44,661 nucleotides of DNA from Opitutales bacterium (GTDB lineage: Bacteria; Verrucomicrobiota; Verrucomicrobiia; Opitutales; JABSRG01), in the NCBI GenBank assembly GCA_049599475.1, contig JBMYOQ010000033.1:1-44661 (forward strand). The letters are read 5' to 3'. Under the pieces are notes generated by a model. That model saw only the letters and a list, made by a program, of their open reading frames with translations, was not told where the DNA came from and ran no database searches. The first letter of the stretch is position 1. The number at the start of each line of letters is the position of its first letter. The translations under genes and the position numbers were made by a program. This document shows, piece by piece, positions 35,201 through 44,661 of this stretch.

Positions 35201-36288
35201 TATAGTTCTAAAATCTTGTTAGCCTTCGTAATCGCGTCGTGCGTCGCGCCGACCATGTCTTGTTGTGCAATTTCGATTCCGATACGAATCGCGCTCGCAA
35301 TAGCATATCGATTCGAAGATCCGTGTGCTTTCAAGACATTTCCTTTCAGACCTAACAAGGGAGCCCCTCCATATTGATCTGGACTGAGCTTTTTCTTCAC
35401 ATTGGAGAAGGCTCCTTTCATCAGAGCGGCCCCGGCAATGTGCACCGGATTGGCCTTCACTTCATCCTTAATGGTATCGATGAGAAATTTGTAGAGCGCC
35501 TCTGAGGATTTGAGGAGAATGTTGCCCACAAAGCCATCGCAGACGACGACATCGACTTCGCCCTCAAAGGTCTGAAAGCCTTCGATCAAGCCCTGGTAAT
35601 TGATGATACCATTGAGGTGCTTGAGGAGATCGTGGGTTTGAGCGGTACGCTCGTTTCCTTTGCCTTCCTCAGTGCCAATGGTCAAAAGGCCGACGCGAGG
35701 CTTGCGTACTCCGAGGCCGATCTCAGCGTAGTAGGATCCTAGAATCGCATTGTGAACCAGATGCTCGGGACGTGAATCTGGATTGGCTCCGGCATCCACG
35801 AGGACAAAATGACCGCCGCGACAGGGAATGGCTGTGGCGAGAGCAGGGCGTTCAATTCCCTTCTGGGGGCGTAGCTTTAAAGTGCCGCCCGCCATAAGAG
35901 CACCGGTGTTGCCGCAGCTGAGGACAGCTTTGGCATCGCCGTCTTTGACCATTTCTATGGCGCGCATCATCGACGAATCGCGCTTTTTCTTGAGAGCCAT
36001 CACTGGCTTCTCATCCATGTCAATGACTTGGCTGGTCGGAAATACTTTTACTTTACCAGAATCGGTGAGTCCCCTGGATTTCAGCCAGGTCTCGATGATC
36101 GCTTGGTCGCCTACAGCAACGATTCCCGAAAGACTCGGGTCGTTTTTCAACGCGAGTTCGATGCCGGCCAGAATTTCTTCTGGACCCTTATCGCCGCCCA
36201 TCACGTCTACCGCTATGATTCCAGATACAGCTTGTTTGCTTGTCTCTGGGGCTTCAGCGGTAGCGGTTGCGGAAGTCGCAGGTTCCAC
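35200..36288 (-). CDS. plsX: Phosphate acyltransferase
   Basis: IAVDVMGGDKGP, GNTGALM, DAGAN, GTEEGKGN, KAHGSS. Confidence 0.96.
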   Translation of the reverse strand: MEPATSATATAEAPETSKQAVSGIIAVDVMGGDKGPEEILAGIELALKNDPSLSGIVAVGDQAIIETWLKSRGLTDSGKVKVFPTSQVIDMDEKPVMALKKKRDSSMMRAIEMVKDGDAKAVLSCGNTGALMAGGTLKLRPQKGIERPALATAIPCRGGHFVLVDAGANPDSRPEHLVHNAILGSYYAEIGLGVRKPRVGLLTIGTEEGKGNERTAQTHDLLKHLNGIINYQGLIEGFQTFEGEVDVVVCDGFVGNILLKSSEALYKFLIDTIKDEVKANPVHIAGAALMKGAFSNVKKKLSPDQYGGAPLLGLKGNVLKAHGSSNRYAIASAIRIGIEIAQQDMVGATHDAITKANKILEL

Positions 36289-36325
36289 GCTAACGGTGAG
36301 TTAGATATGGGAGGGTGTTGAGATC

Positions 36326-36505
36326 TTAGATCTCGACGTCGATCACTTGGCGACCGCGATACATGCCGTTTGCAGGGTTTACGCGGTGAGGAACAAAGAT
36401 AGAACCGTCTGAAGGGTCGCGTGCCAAAAGAGGTGCTTGGAAGCGGTTTGCTCCACGACGGAGGCGGCTGCGGCGCTTAGACTGTTTGCGTTTTGGTTGT
36501 GCCAT
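36326..36505 (-). CDS. rpmF: 50S ribosomal protein L32 (59 aa, not in ORF track)
   Basis: Hand-translated MAQPKRKQSKRRSRLRRGANRFQAPLLARDPSDGSIFVPHRVNPANGMYRGRQVIDVEI; canonical rpmF-plsX-fabH order. Confidence 0.95.
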   Translation of the reverse strand: MAQPKRKQSKRRSRLRRGANRFQAPLLARDPSDGSIFVPHRVNPANGMYRGRQVIDVEI

Positions 36506-36671
36506 GACTTTAAAGTTTGGAAATTTTCAAAAGGTAGGAGAGATATCACTGCAGCTATTTAGGTCAAGAACTGTATTTTGATCTTTGAATTTTTTCCTAA
36601 ACAGCGGGATCTAGGCGGACTATCCAATAAATTGCGTTGTCAGCAAGGCATTTTGTGCAAGCGTGTGATGC

Positions 36672-37133
36672 ATGAAGGGAATCGAGAAGCTACTCTGCTG
36701 TTTATTTTTGTGTTCTTTGACGCATTTTCTGAGTGCTCAGAGCGCTTCTGAGACTGAGGAAGAGAAAGAGCCCTTTCCCACTTGGGGTCATGTGGCACCC
36801 TTCCAGGATGGCATGAGTGTCAATTTCCGCGTGGAGAAGAACCGCTTGCACGTCTATTTCATCGATGCGGAGGAGCAATTGGTGGCACAACCTCCGGTCT
36901 CGCGCATCAACGCACGTGTAAATAAGCGGGGGGATGATCCAGAGTTCTTACCCCTGCGGTTCAATGCATCCAGTTCCTCATTTACGAATCCCAAATTTAT
37001 CCGGCGCCCCTTCATAATGAGTGTGAATATGACGCTTATCGGGCAGGATGGAAAGGCTGCGAGCTCATTTCAGTTCTTCCTTAACCAAAAGGAAAACGGG
37101 GTTGAGGACTTAGAAGCAGCGGCTGCAGAGTAG
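36672..37133 (+). CDS. Secreted hypothetical protein
   Basis: Signal-peptide-like N-terminus, 153 aa. Confidence 0.7.
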   Translation: MKGIEKLLCCLFLCSLTHFLSAQSASETEEEKEPFPTWGHVAPFQDGMSVNFRVEKNRLHVYFIDAEEQLVAQPPVSRINARVNKRGDDPEFLPLRFNASSSSFTNPKFIRRPFIMSVNMTLIGQDGKAASSFQFFLNQKENGVEDLEAAAAE

Positions 37134-37154
37134 CCAGTTTTCTAGAACCGAGCG

Positions 37155-38558
37155 ATGTCTGAGAAAAATGTCGATGGGGCAGGTGTGTCTCCATTCCGTC
37201 TGCCGAATATTCGAATGTTTCTGGCCTTTCGGGTCTTGTACAATGCGCGCTTCTATTATCCGGTTTACGCGCTGGTTTTTCTCGATTTAGGGCTCAGCAC
37301 TCAGGATTTTTTGATTCTCAACATGATCTGGGGAATCGGGATTGTGATCCTGGAGGTGCCCTCGGGGGCATTGGCTGATTCAATCGGGCGCCGTAGTCTG
37401 ATGATCGCGGGCGCAATTTGTATGATCGTCGAGATGGCGATTTTTACCTTTGCGCCGGCGGGCAATGTCTCGCTGCTCTTTGGGTTGTTGGTAATCAACA
37501 GGATCTTGAGTGGAGCTTCTGAGGCGCTGGTGAGCGGTGCGGATGAAGCCTTAGCCTATGATACTCTAAAAGAGGCGGGCATGGAGCGTACTTGGAATGG
37601 GGTTTTGGCGCGTCTGATGCAAATCCAGTCTTTGGCTTTTACTGGAGCCCTGCTGATTGGAAGTGCTTTATATGACGAACGCATGCTCAATGGATTCTGC
37701 AACATGATGGGGATCGATTGGCAGTTTAGCCGAGACCAGACGCTACGAATCCCACTCTTTTTGACGCTTCTTAGCTCCGTTTTTGTCCTGATTGCTGCGC
37801 TTAAAACGAAGGAACCAGCCGAGGGGCGGGCGCATTCCGAGCTCTCCTTTGCGAAGCAACTCTGGGCGTCCTCGAAGCTAGTCCTATCGGCTGGAGCTTG
37901 GATTTTGAAAACGCCCTTTGCGCTGGCGGTCATTTGTGGAGGTTTCTTAGTGGACGCGTTTTTGCGCACATTTATCACCTTCGCCAGCCAATACTACCAG
38001 GTGATCCAGCTCCCGGAGGCGTCTTACGGAGTCATTGGAGCCATTATGGCAGGATTGGGCGTTGTCTGGCCGGGGATCGCTCGTCGCCTAGGTGAGCGCT
38101 TTGGACCCTTGGGGAATTTCCTGAATATATCGGCTTTGGCCTGTGTGGGGCTGTTCGGGATTTCCTTTTTTATGCCCTATGTCGGCGTGATTTGGGTGCT
38201 GCCGATGATGGCAGGCTGGAGCTTCCTAAATTACTTTGTGTCTCAGTATTTGAACCAAGTCACTGCTTCAGAACGCCGGGCGACGGTGCTGAGTTTTCGC
38301 GGTCTTAGCTTCAATTTAGCCTATAGTGTGGCGACTTGGGCTATGGCCTTATTGATGGGCAATGCCGAGCGCAACGTCTTGGCTGAGCAACCTGAAATTG
38401 GAAGTAGATTATTGGAAAATGCGAAATTCGTCGAAGCAGCACCGGCCCTCCCAGTAGCCTTCCTAATCTGTGTTGCCATTTTCGTGGTTTTTGTATTTCT
38501 TAAGCTTTCCCCGACTGATGTTCCCGACCGACCCCAGACTGAGCAGGAAGATTCTTGA
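37155..38558 (+). CDS. MFS transporter
   Basis: EVPSGALADSIGRR, SGADEALAYD, RATVLS. Confidence 0.9.
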   Translation: MSEKNVDGAGVSPFRLPNIRMFLAFRVLYNARFYYPVYALVFLDLGLSTQDFLILNMIWGIGIVILEVPSGALADSIGRRSLMIAGAICMIVEMAIFTFAPAGNVSLLFGLLVINRILSGASEALVSGADEALAYDTLKEAGMERTWNGVLARLMQIQSLAFTGALLIGSALYDERMLNGFCNMMGIDWQFSRDQTLRIPLFLTLLSSVFVLIAALKTKEPAEGRAHSELSFAKQLWASSKLVLSAGAWILKTPFALAVICGGFLVDAFLRTFITFASQYYQVIQLPEASYGVIGAIMAGLGVVWPGIARRLGERFGPLGNFLNISALACVGLFGISFFMPYVGVIWVLPMMAGWSFLNYFVSQYLNQVTASERRATVLSFRGLSFNLAYSVATWAMALLMGNAERNVLAEQPEIGSRLLENAKFVEAAPALPVAFLICVAIFVVFVFLKLSPTDVPDRPQTEQEDS

Positions 38559-38562
38559 GCGC

Positions 38563-39837
38563 TTGAAGCTACGCGGATGCGCGCTTCTTGGATGCGTGGC
38601 TGTTTTGATGTCGGCGGAATTGGGAGCACAGACACTCTACTCGATTGGCAGTCCCACGGATGAAGAGCAGTTGTTTGTAGAGCTCGTAAACCGCGCCCGC
38701 GAAGACGCCGATGCGGAGGCACTCCGGCTGGCTAATACGACGGATACCGATATCCTCGCGGCAATTTCACAATTTGAAGTCGATCTCGATTTGATGATCG
38801 ACCAATTCGGAACCCTGGACAGCTCCTTACCTCCGCTTGCCTTAAATAGTGACCTGCAGGATATGGCATATGGGCATGCTCTAGATCAGTTTGAAAACGT
38901 GTTCCAGAGCCATACCGGTTCGGATGGGAGCACCATTGCGACGCGAGCTGATGCAGCTGGTTATTTTTGGACTTTAATCGGGGAAAACACGTTTTCGTAC
39001 GCGGAGTCTGTGGAATACGGACATGCTGGATTTCAGATTGATTGGGGTAACGGAGTGGGAGGTATGCAAGACCCGCCCGGTCACCGTCTTAATATTCACA
39101 GCTCAGAGTATCGCGAAATCGGCGTGGGAGTCGTGCTGGGCACGAATGGCACCCGCCCCAATGAGGTGGGGCCGATTATAGTGGTTCAGAATTTTGGGAC
39201 CCAGTTCAATGCGGTCCCATTTTTGACCGGTGTCGTGTTTGACGACGCCGACGGCGACAATTTCTACGATGCTGGAGAGGGCATTGGAGGCGTTGAAATT
39301 CGCGTAGATGGAAATGATTACTACGCGGTCACCGCGGAGTCTGGTGGCTATTCCATTCCGCTTTCTTCGGGTCAAGATGGTAGCTACAGCGTTTCGGTGG
39401 AGGGCAGCGATTTTTCCACATCCACGACGATCACGGTGCAAAACAGTGAAAATGTGAAGCTGGACATTATTCCGTCGGAAATCCAGGAGTCAGTTTCAAC
39501 GTTTGTCGCCGGACTATTCCCACAGGCAACTCCTGTGAGCGAGGGCTGGGACTACGACTCGGCGTTTGGACTGTTTTACACGGATTCCGAGCCGTGGATT
39601 TATCATCAGTCGCTTGAATGGGTATATGCGCAGTCGGGCGATGCTAGTGGCGAAATGTTCCTTTACTCCACGGAGCACGGCTGGTTTTGGACAACCTCTT
39701 CTGCGTTTCCTTACCTCTACCATGCTGAGTCAGGAGCCTGGTATTATTATTCGACGAACGACGCGGGCGACCGCTGGTTGTATGATTTCGCCGGAGGTGC
39801 CTGGATCGCTTGGGACAGTTTCGGATCTACTGAATAG
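38563..39837 (+). CDS. Secreted CAP (SCP/Tpx-1) domain protein with Trp-rich C-terminal domain
   Basis: LVNRAR, SHTGSDGS, GEN, PPGHRLNI...EIGVG; start TTG 38563 inferred. Confidence 0.8.
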   Translation: MKLRGCALLGCVAVLMSAELGAQTLYSIGSPTDEEQLFVELVNRAREDADAEALRLANTTDTDILAAISQFEVDLDLMIDQFGTLDSSLPPLALNSDLQDMAYGHALDQFENVFQSHTGSDGSTIATRADAAGYFWTLIGENTFSYAESVEYGHAGFQIDWGNGVGGMQDPPGHRLNIHSSEYREIGVGVVLGTNGTRPNEVGPIIVVQNFGTQFNAVPFLTGVVFDDADGDNFYDAGEGIGGVEIRVDGNDYYAVTAESGGYSIPLSSGQDGSYSVSVEGSDFSTSTTITVQNSENVKLDIIPSEIQESVSTFVAGLFPQATPVSEGWDYDSAFGLFYTDSEPWIYHQSLEWVYAQSGDASGEMFLYSTEHGWFWTTSSAFPYLYHAESGAWYYYSTNDAGDRWLYDFAGGAWIAWDSFGSTE

Positions 39838-39887
39838 ATCAGTTTTGTGTTGAGAGACGAGCGGCTTACAGGCTGTCTGGTCAAAGG

Positions 39888-40508
39888 ATGATTGCAAAGG
39901 CCAGAAGACATATAGGGATTTATGGAGGTAGCTTTGACCCGATACACCTCGGCCATCTCATTATCGCTCAGGATTGTCTGGAGCAGCTCAATCTGGACGA
40001 GGTAGTCCTGGTTCCGGCAGCGGCGTCTCCTCTGAAATCGCGAAGTCCCATCGTCTCCGACGAACACCGACTCGAGATGGCGCGCAAAGCCGTCGAAAGC
40101 ATTGCTCATTTTTCGGTGTCGGATGTCGAAATCCGGCGCGGCGGCGTAAGCTACTCGATTGATACGGTCGCCGCTTTTCGGAAAATGCACCCAGATGCGG
40201 TCCTCTATTGGATCTTGGGCCAGGACCAGGTGAACCAACTGGAGCACTGGTATAGCATTGAGGAGCTCGCACAGAATGTTACATTTCTCGCGGTCGGTCG
40301 ACCTGGCTACGAGCTGGATGATGTATCCGACGGCCGGATCGAAGTCACCCATGTGAAAAGTCATGCTGTGGAGATTAGCTCAACTGAGATTCGGGAGCGT
40401 TTTAAGCATGATTTGCCAAACGATCTGTTCCTGCCGACATCTGTCCTTGCCTATATTCGCCAGAACGGACTCTATCACGTGGAAGCCAACGAAAATACTG
40501 ATAAATGA
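39888..40508 (+). CDS. nadD: Nicotinate-nucleotide adenylyltransferase
   Basis: GGSFDPIHLGH, SYSIDT, ISSTEIR. Confidence 0.95.
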   Translation: MIAKARRHIGIYGGSFDPIHLGHLIIAQDCLEQLNLDEVVLVPAAASPLKSRSPIVSDEHRLEMARKAVESIAHFSVSDVEIRRGGVSYSIDTVAAFRKMHPDAVLYWILGQDQVNQLEHWYSIEELAQNVTFLAVGRPGYELDDVSDGRIEVTHVKSHAVEISSTEIRERFKHDLPNDLFLPTSVLAYIRQNGLYHVEANENTDK

Positions 40509-40864
40509 CTGAAACGCCTTCGCCGATACCGCCATTGGACCCACTTCGCATTTGTTGTGAAGCGCTTGAAGATAAAAAAGCCTCAGACTTGATGATCCTC
40601 GATGTCTCTGAAAAATCGAGTATCACGAACCATATTGTTGTCGCGTCGGGAATGTCTGAGCCGCATCTGCGCGCCCTCAGGATCGCCGTAGAATTGGCCT
40701 GTAAAGAAAATGGGATTCAGATCATAGGGGAGGCCAAAGATCACAATAGCGGTTGGATCGTCGTCGATGCTTTCGATTTTATGGTGCACATTCTCATCGA
40801 AGAGAAACGCGAGTTTTTCAGCATCGAGACCCTCTGGAAAGATGCTGAGCGAGTTTCTGTTTGA
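40505..40864 (+). CDS. rsfS: Ribosome silencing factor
   Basis: EDKKASD, WIVVDAFDFMVHI, IETLW; follows nadD. Confidence 0.93.
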   Translation: MTETPSPIPPLDPLRICCEALEDKKASDLMILDVSEKSSITNHIVVASGMSEPHLRALRIAVELACKENGIQIIGEAKDHNSGWIVVDAFDFMVHILIEEKREFFSIETLWKDAERVSV

Positions 40865-40997
40865 TCTCTATTTCTCAAGGCAATGCTGGCCTTCAACAGC
40901 TACATCGATGTTGGGAATCGTTTAAAATTGGGTGACTAAAACTTAACAACCCTCTCGGGTTAGACACTGGCCAATTTTCTGCTAAGTTTCCCCCTGT

Positions 40998-41822
40998 ATG
41001 GATCTCACGAACGTAAAGGCCTACGCGTCGATCAAGGAATCAGAAGGTCATGTTGCTGTTGGGCCCGGGGATCAGTTCCTGGGCGCGGGCAGTTGGTTAT
41101 ATTCAGCTCCGCATCCGGAGGTAAAGCGGTTGGTAGATCTCACTGAAATAGAGACCGAGAAAAAGTGGCTGCGTTTTGGTGACCGCATGGTTCGGATATC
41201 TTCGGCAACTCCACTGGGTTGGCTCGCTCAATACACATGGCCCGAGAATTGTGTGGCGGCTAATGTATTTCCGGTCGCGATCGAGGGCTTGTCCGCTTCA
41301 TTCAAAGTGATTCAAAGAGCTACCGTCGGGGGGAATATAGCCTTGTCTCTGGCAAAAGGTGCGATTGGGCCGGTGTGTGTGGCCTTAGGTGCAGAATATG
41401 AGTTGGTTTCCTCGAGTGGGGTTGAGCGGCGTGTCGATGCTGCTTCCTTCCAAACAGGTAGCATGTGCAATATTCTTAATCCAGGTGAGCGCTTAGCTGC
41501 AGTATGGGTTCCCTTGAAAAATTTAGAGGCTCAATGGTCATTGAAACGCATTATGATGACGACGACGAGCCACGTCGCGACATCTGTTATCGGTTTGCGT
41601 TACTCTGATTCCAATAAACTGCGTATCGGGATATCTGCTACGCTCGTGTATCCCGTGGCCTTGGAGTTCGAGGCTTTTCCTGAGAATAAGGAAGTTATCC
41701 TGGAGAAGATTGATTCTGTATTACCCCGGCACCCGTATATGGAGGATCAACATGGGAGTGCGCGCTATCGGCATGCGATGGCTCGGCATTTAGCGGGTCA
41801 GGTGTTTGATGAGCTTAAGTAG
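40998..41822 (+). CDS. FAD-binding subunit of xanthine dehydrogenase-family oxidoreductase
   Basis: ATVGGNI, DQHGSARYR; adjacent Mo subunit. Confidence 0.85.
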   Translation: MDLTNVKAYASIKESEGHVAVGPGDQFLGAGSWLYSAPHPEVKRLVDLTEIETEKKWLRFGDRMVRISSATPLGWLAQYTWPENCVAANVFPVAIEGLSASFKVIQRATVGGNIALSLAKGAIGPVCVALGAEYELVSSSGVERRVDAASFQTGSMCNILNPGERLAAVWVPLKNLEAQWSLKRIMMTTTSHVATSVIGLRYSDSNKLRIGISATLVYPVALEFEAFPENKEVILEKIDSVLPRHPYMEDQHGSARYRHAMARHLAGQVFDELK

Positions 41823-41836
41823 GGGCCAATTTAGAA

Positions 41837-44485
41837 ATGCGTGTCGATAAAAAGAAACTGAATGCGGAACCCCGAGCGGGTCAGTCTCTCCTCTCGTTCC
41901 TAAGGGAAAATGGAGTGACGGGTCCACGTCGTGGCTGCGACGCGGGTGACTGTGGTTGCTGTACCGTTCACAAGGACGGCCAGGCTATCCAAAGCTGTAT
42001 TACTCCGGCACACCAAGCTGTGGATTCTGAAATCACAACAATCGCTGGTCTCGCAGGAGAGAATCTACATCCCACTCAGTCGGATTTTTTGCAAGCCCAG
42101 GGCTTTCAGTGTGGCTATTGCACCGCAGGGTTCGTGATGACTGCTGCTGCATCTGAAACGATGAGCGATGATCTAACAAATCGGTTCAAAGGCAATTTTT
42201 GCCGCTGCACGGGATATGCATCGATCAAAGAGGCTCTCTCTGGTAAGTGTAATGTCGAAGAGGATACATGCGCGCAATCGGTCGGGGTCTCATTGCCCAG
42301 CCATTACGGCAAACAGGTGATAACAGGGCAACAGGCCTACACCTCTGATTTTGTCGAGCCGGGCACTTTGCACATGAAAGTCCTGCGTTCGCCGCACGCG
42401 CATGCCGAGATCGTGAAAATTGATGCCTCGCGGGCGCTTGAGATGGATGGAGTGATTGCCGTGTTTACACACGAAGACGTACCCAGAATTCCATACTCGA
42501 CTGCTTGCCACCCAGAGGAAATCAAGGACCCCATGGACACCTTTATGTTGGACTCGGTGGTCCGGTTTGTCGGCCAACGTGTTGCGTGTGTGGTCGCGGA
42601 GCGTGTAGACATAGCAAATGAGGCGATCAAAGTAATCGATGTAGAATATGAAGTTTTGCCTCACATCTTGAGCCCGGACGAAGCTATGGCTGATGGCGCG
42701 GTGCGAATTCACAATGCTCCAGATGAGACTGGAATTGCGCGCCCGGAATCCAATATTGCTGCTGAGCTTCATGACGAACGAGGAGATTTCGATGCGGCGT
42801 ATCAAGATGCGGATTACAAAATTTCCGCGACCTTTGAGACTCCGAGGCAACAACATGCTCACCTCGAGCCACATGTTGCAACAGCTTGGGTAGACGATGC
42901 TGGCGTGCTTACCGTCAGGAGCAGTACTCAAGTGCCGTTTCTGGCGCAATTGACGCTCAGCAAGCTCCTCGGGCTACCAGCGGATAAGATTCGCGTCTTT
43001 AAGCCGCGAGTCGGAGGTGGTTTTGGTAATAAACAGGAAGTCCAGGTCGAGGATTTGGTTGCCTTTGCGACGCTAAAATTGGGTCGTCCGGTGCATTGGG
43101 AACTGACCCGTGAAGAAGAATTTATTGCGACAACGACTCGGCATTCTACGAAGATCACGATGTCTGCTGCGTGTGATAAGGCGGGCAACCTACGTGCCCT
43201 CGGCATGAAATACGTAGCCAATACAGGGGCTTACGGAAATCATGCGATGGACATACTCTACTGTTCATCATTTGAAGCCTTGGCGGCTTACCGTTGCGAA
43301 AACAAGCGATTGGAAGGCTATTCCGTTTATACGAATACAGTGCCAGGTGGCGCATTCAGAGGCTATGGGGGAACTCAGTCGACCTTTGCTGTCGAAAGCA
43401 TCCTGCATGATTTAGCTGAGGAAGCAGGGCTAGATCCAGAGGCTTTCGTGCTAAAGAACATGACGCGTGAAGGAGAGCCATTGAATATTGGAAATGAAGA
43501 CGCTCCGAATCACGCGGTATCGAGCCAGAAACTCGAGGCCTGTTTAGAATTTGTCCTTCAGGATCTAAAAGCTACCAAAGATGAAACACCCGCGTTGGAT
43601 GCTGAATGGGCCGTTGGCGAGGGAACTGCGGTTGCGATGCTCGCTTCGGGGATCGCGCTCAAGCACAAATCAGAAGCGCGGATTTCGAAGAATGCGGACG
43701 GTGCTTATACACTGTTCGCGGGTACTTCGGATATTGGAACGGGTTCCGATACGAGTCTGCGACAAATTGCTGCCGATGTCTTGGGCGTTAGAGTTGCTGA
43801 TATCGATTTGGTTGTGGCCGATACTCAAGAAACGCCCTTCGATGCAGGCGCCTATGCATCATGCACGACCTTTATCGCGGGGAATGCGGTGAAGCGCGCG
43901 GCCGGGGACTTGAAAACAAAGCTCGCCCAGACGAAGGTTTCGGAAGCAGGAACGATTGTCGGGGAGGGGTCATACTACGCCGAGAAGGTGCCCATGTCTT
44001 ACGCGGTAAATGGGGTGAGACTCGCGGTGAATCGGATTACAGGGCAGATTCGTGTCTTACATATCGCACAGTCCGCAGATATTGGTCAGAGGATCAATCC
44101 GCAGTTTTGCAAAGGACAGGTTGAAGGGGCCACTGCGCAGGCGCTAGGTTACTGTTTAACCGAAGAGATGATTCTTTTGGATGATGGGAGTGTGCGTAAT
44201 GCGGCACTCAGAGATTACCGTATTCCGGCTCTTTCCGATGTGCCTCCCATAAATTCGCACTTCGTGGATACAGAGGATCCACACGGTCCCTTCGGCGCGA
44301 AGGCAGTAGGCGAACTCACTATAAACTCCTTCCCTCCAGCTTTCGCAAACGCAGTCAAAGACGCTCTGGGCATTCGTTTCCTCAGTCTTCCACTAACACC
44401 GACCAAGGTCTGGGAAGCTTTGAATGGAGAAGCATTTTCGAAAGAAGGCTTAGAGATCTACGCCGCTCCAGGAGTGCATCATTAG
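41837..44485 (+). CDS. Xanthine dehydrogenase/aldehyde oxidase-family fused 2Fe-2S and molybdopterin subunit
   Basis: GCDAGDCGCC, QCGYCTAG, CRCTGY, VGGGFG, AFRGYG, GAKAVGE. Confidence 0.93.
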   Translation: MRVDKKKLNAEPRAGQSLLSFLRENGVTGPRRGCDAGDCGCCTVHKDGQAIQSCITPAHQAVDSEITTIAGLAGENLHPTQSDFLQAQGFQCGYCTAGFVMTAAASETMSDDLTNRFKGNFCRCTGYASIKEALSGKCNVEEDTCAQSVGVSLPSHYGKQVITGQQAYTSDFVEPGTLHMKVLRSPHAHAEIVKIDASRALEMDGVIAVFTHEDVPRIPYSTACHPEEIKDPMDTFMLDSVVRFVGQRVACVVAERVDIANEAIKVIDVEYEVLPHILSPDEAMADGAVRIHNAPDETGIARPESNIAAELHDERGDFDAAYQDADYKISATFETPRQQHAHLEPHVATAWVDDAGVLTVRSSTQVPFLAQLTLSKLLGLPADKIRVFKPRVGGGFGNKQEVQVEDLVAFATLKLGRPVHWELTREEEFIATTTRHSTKITMSAACDKAGNLRALGMKYVANTGAYGNHAMDILYCSSFEALAAYRCENKRLEGYSVYTNTVPGGAFRGYGGTQSTFAVESILHDLAEEAGLDPEAFVLKNMTREGEPLNIGNEDAPNHAVSSQKLEACLEFVLQDLKATKDETPALDAEWAVGEGTAVAMLASGIALKHKSEARISKNADGAYTLFAGTSDIGTGSDTSLRQIAADVLGVRVADIDLVVADTQETPFDAGAYASCTTFIAGNAVKRAAGDLKTKLAQTKVSEAGTIVGEGSYYAEKVPMSYAVNGVRLAVNRITGQIRVLHIAQSADIGQRINPQFCKGQVEGATAQALGYCLTEEMILLDDGSVRNAALRDYRIPALSDVPPINSHFVDTEDPHGPFGAKAVGELTINSFPPAFANAVKDALGIRFLSLPLTPTKVWEALNGEAFSKEGLEIYAAPGVHH

Positions 44486-44517
44486 AAGGATGAAGGTTGA
44501 GGGATGAAGGATGAAAG
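44485..44517 (+). repeat. Degenerate heptamer tandem repeat (GATGAAG)
   Basis: GAAGGATGAAGGTTGAGGGATGAAGGATGAAAG. Confidence 0.7.
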
Positions 44518-44607
44518 CGTAAGTGCTGCTGGTTCTGGAATCTGGAGAAATATCATTTGGAAATTTGAAAAAGTCCCTTGACGCGAAACCCCTTCAAAGA
44601 AAATCAC

Positions 44608-44661
44608 CATCCTTCATCCTTCATCCTTCATCCTTCATCCTTCATCCTTCATCCTTCATCC
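44608..44661 (+). repeat. Perfect heptamer tandem repeat (CATCCTT)n running off the window end
   Basis: At least 7 perfect units; reverse complement of the 44485-44517 unit. Confidence 0.95.

Overview
Bacterial chromosomal window. The gene content (pseudopilin cassette, zinc-free L32, Trp-rich C-terminal domains) suggests Verrucomicrobiota/Opitutae, which is an inference. About 5.0-44.6 kb is mostly ordinary housekeeping DNA: pfkB-like kinase, hisF, rho, four prepilin-type genes, menA, a 1.5-kaa secreted CxxCH protein, rrf2, apt, NRAMP transporter, GT4 plus GH13 phosphorylase, maf, rluA-like, lptE-bamD-fabH-plsX-rpmF, nadD-rsfS and xanthine-dehydrogenase-like genes. The striking part is 1.0-4.75 kb. 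It holds an accessory array of 22 tRNA genes covering 19 amino acids, split into three clusters. Each cluster is preceded by a short leader ORF, an antiterminator hairpin and an overlapping intrinsic terminator. Each leader has a block of codons matching the tRNAs of its own cluster, which looks like ribosome-mediated attenuation sensing shortage of the very tRNAs encoded downstream. Exactly one tRNA per cluster (Arg-ACG, Val-TAC, Ser-TGA) carries a conserved 45-nt structured insertion in the T-loop. The array also contains a 139-nt Ala-identity RNA resembling a tmRNA tRNA-like domain with no mRNA domain, and a second unexplained structured RNA of about 135 nt. All structures were folded by eye and no searches were run.
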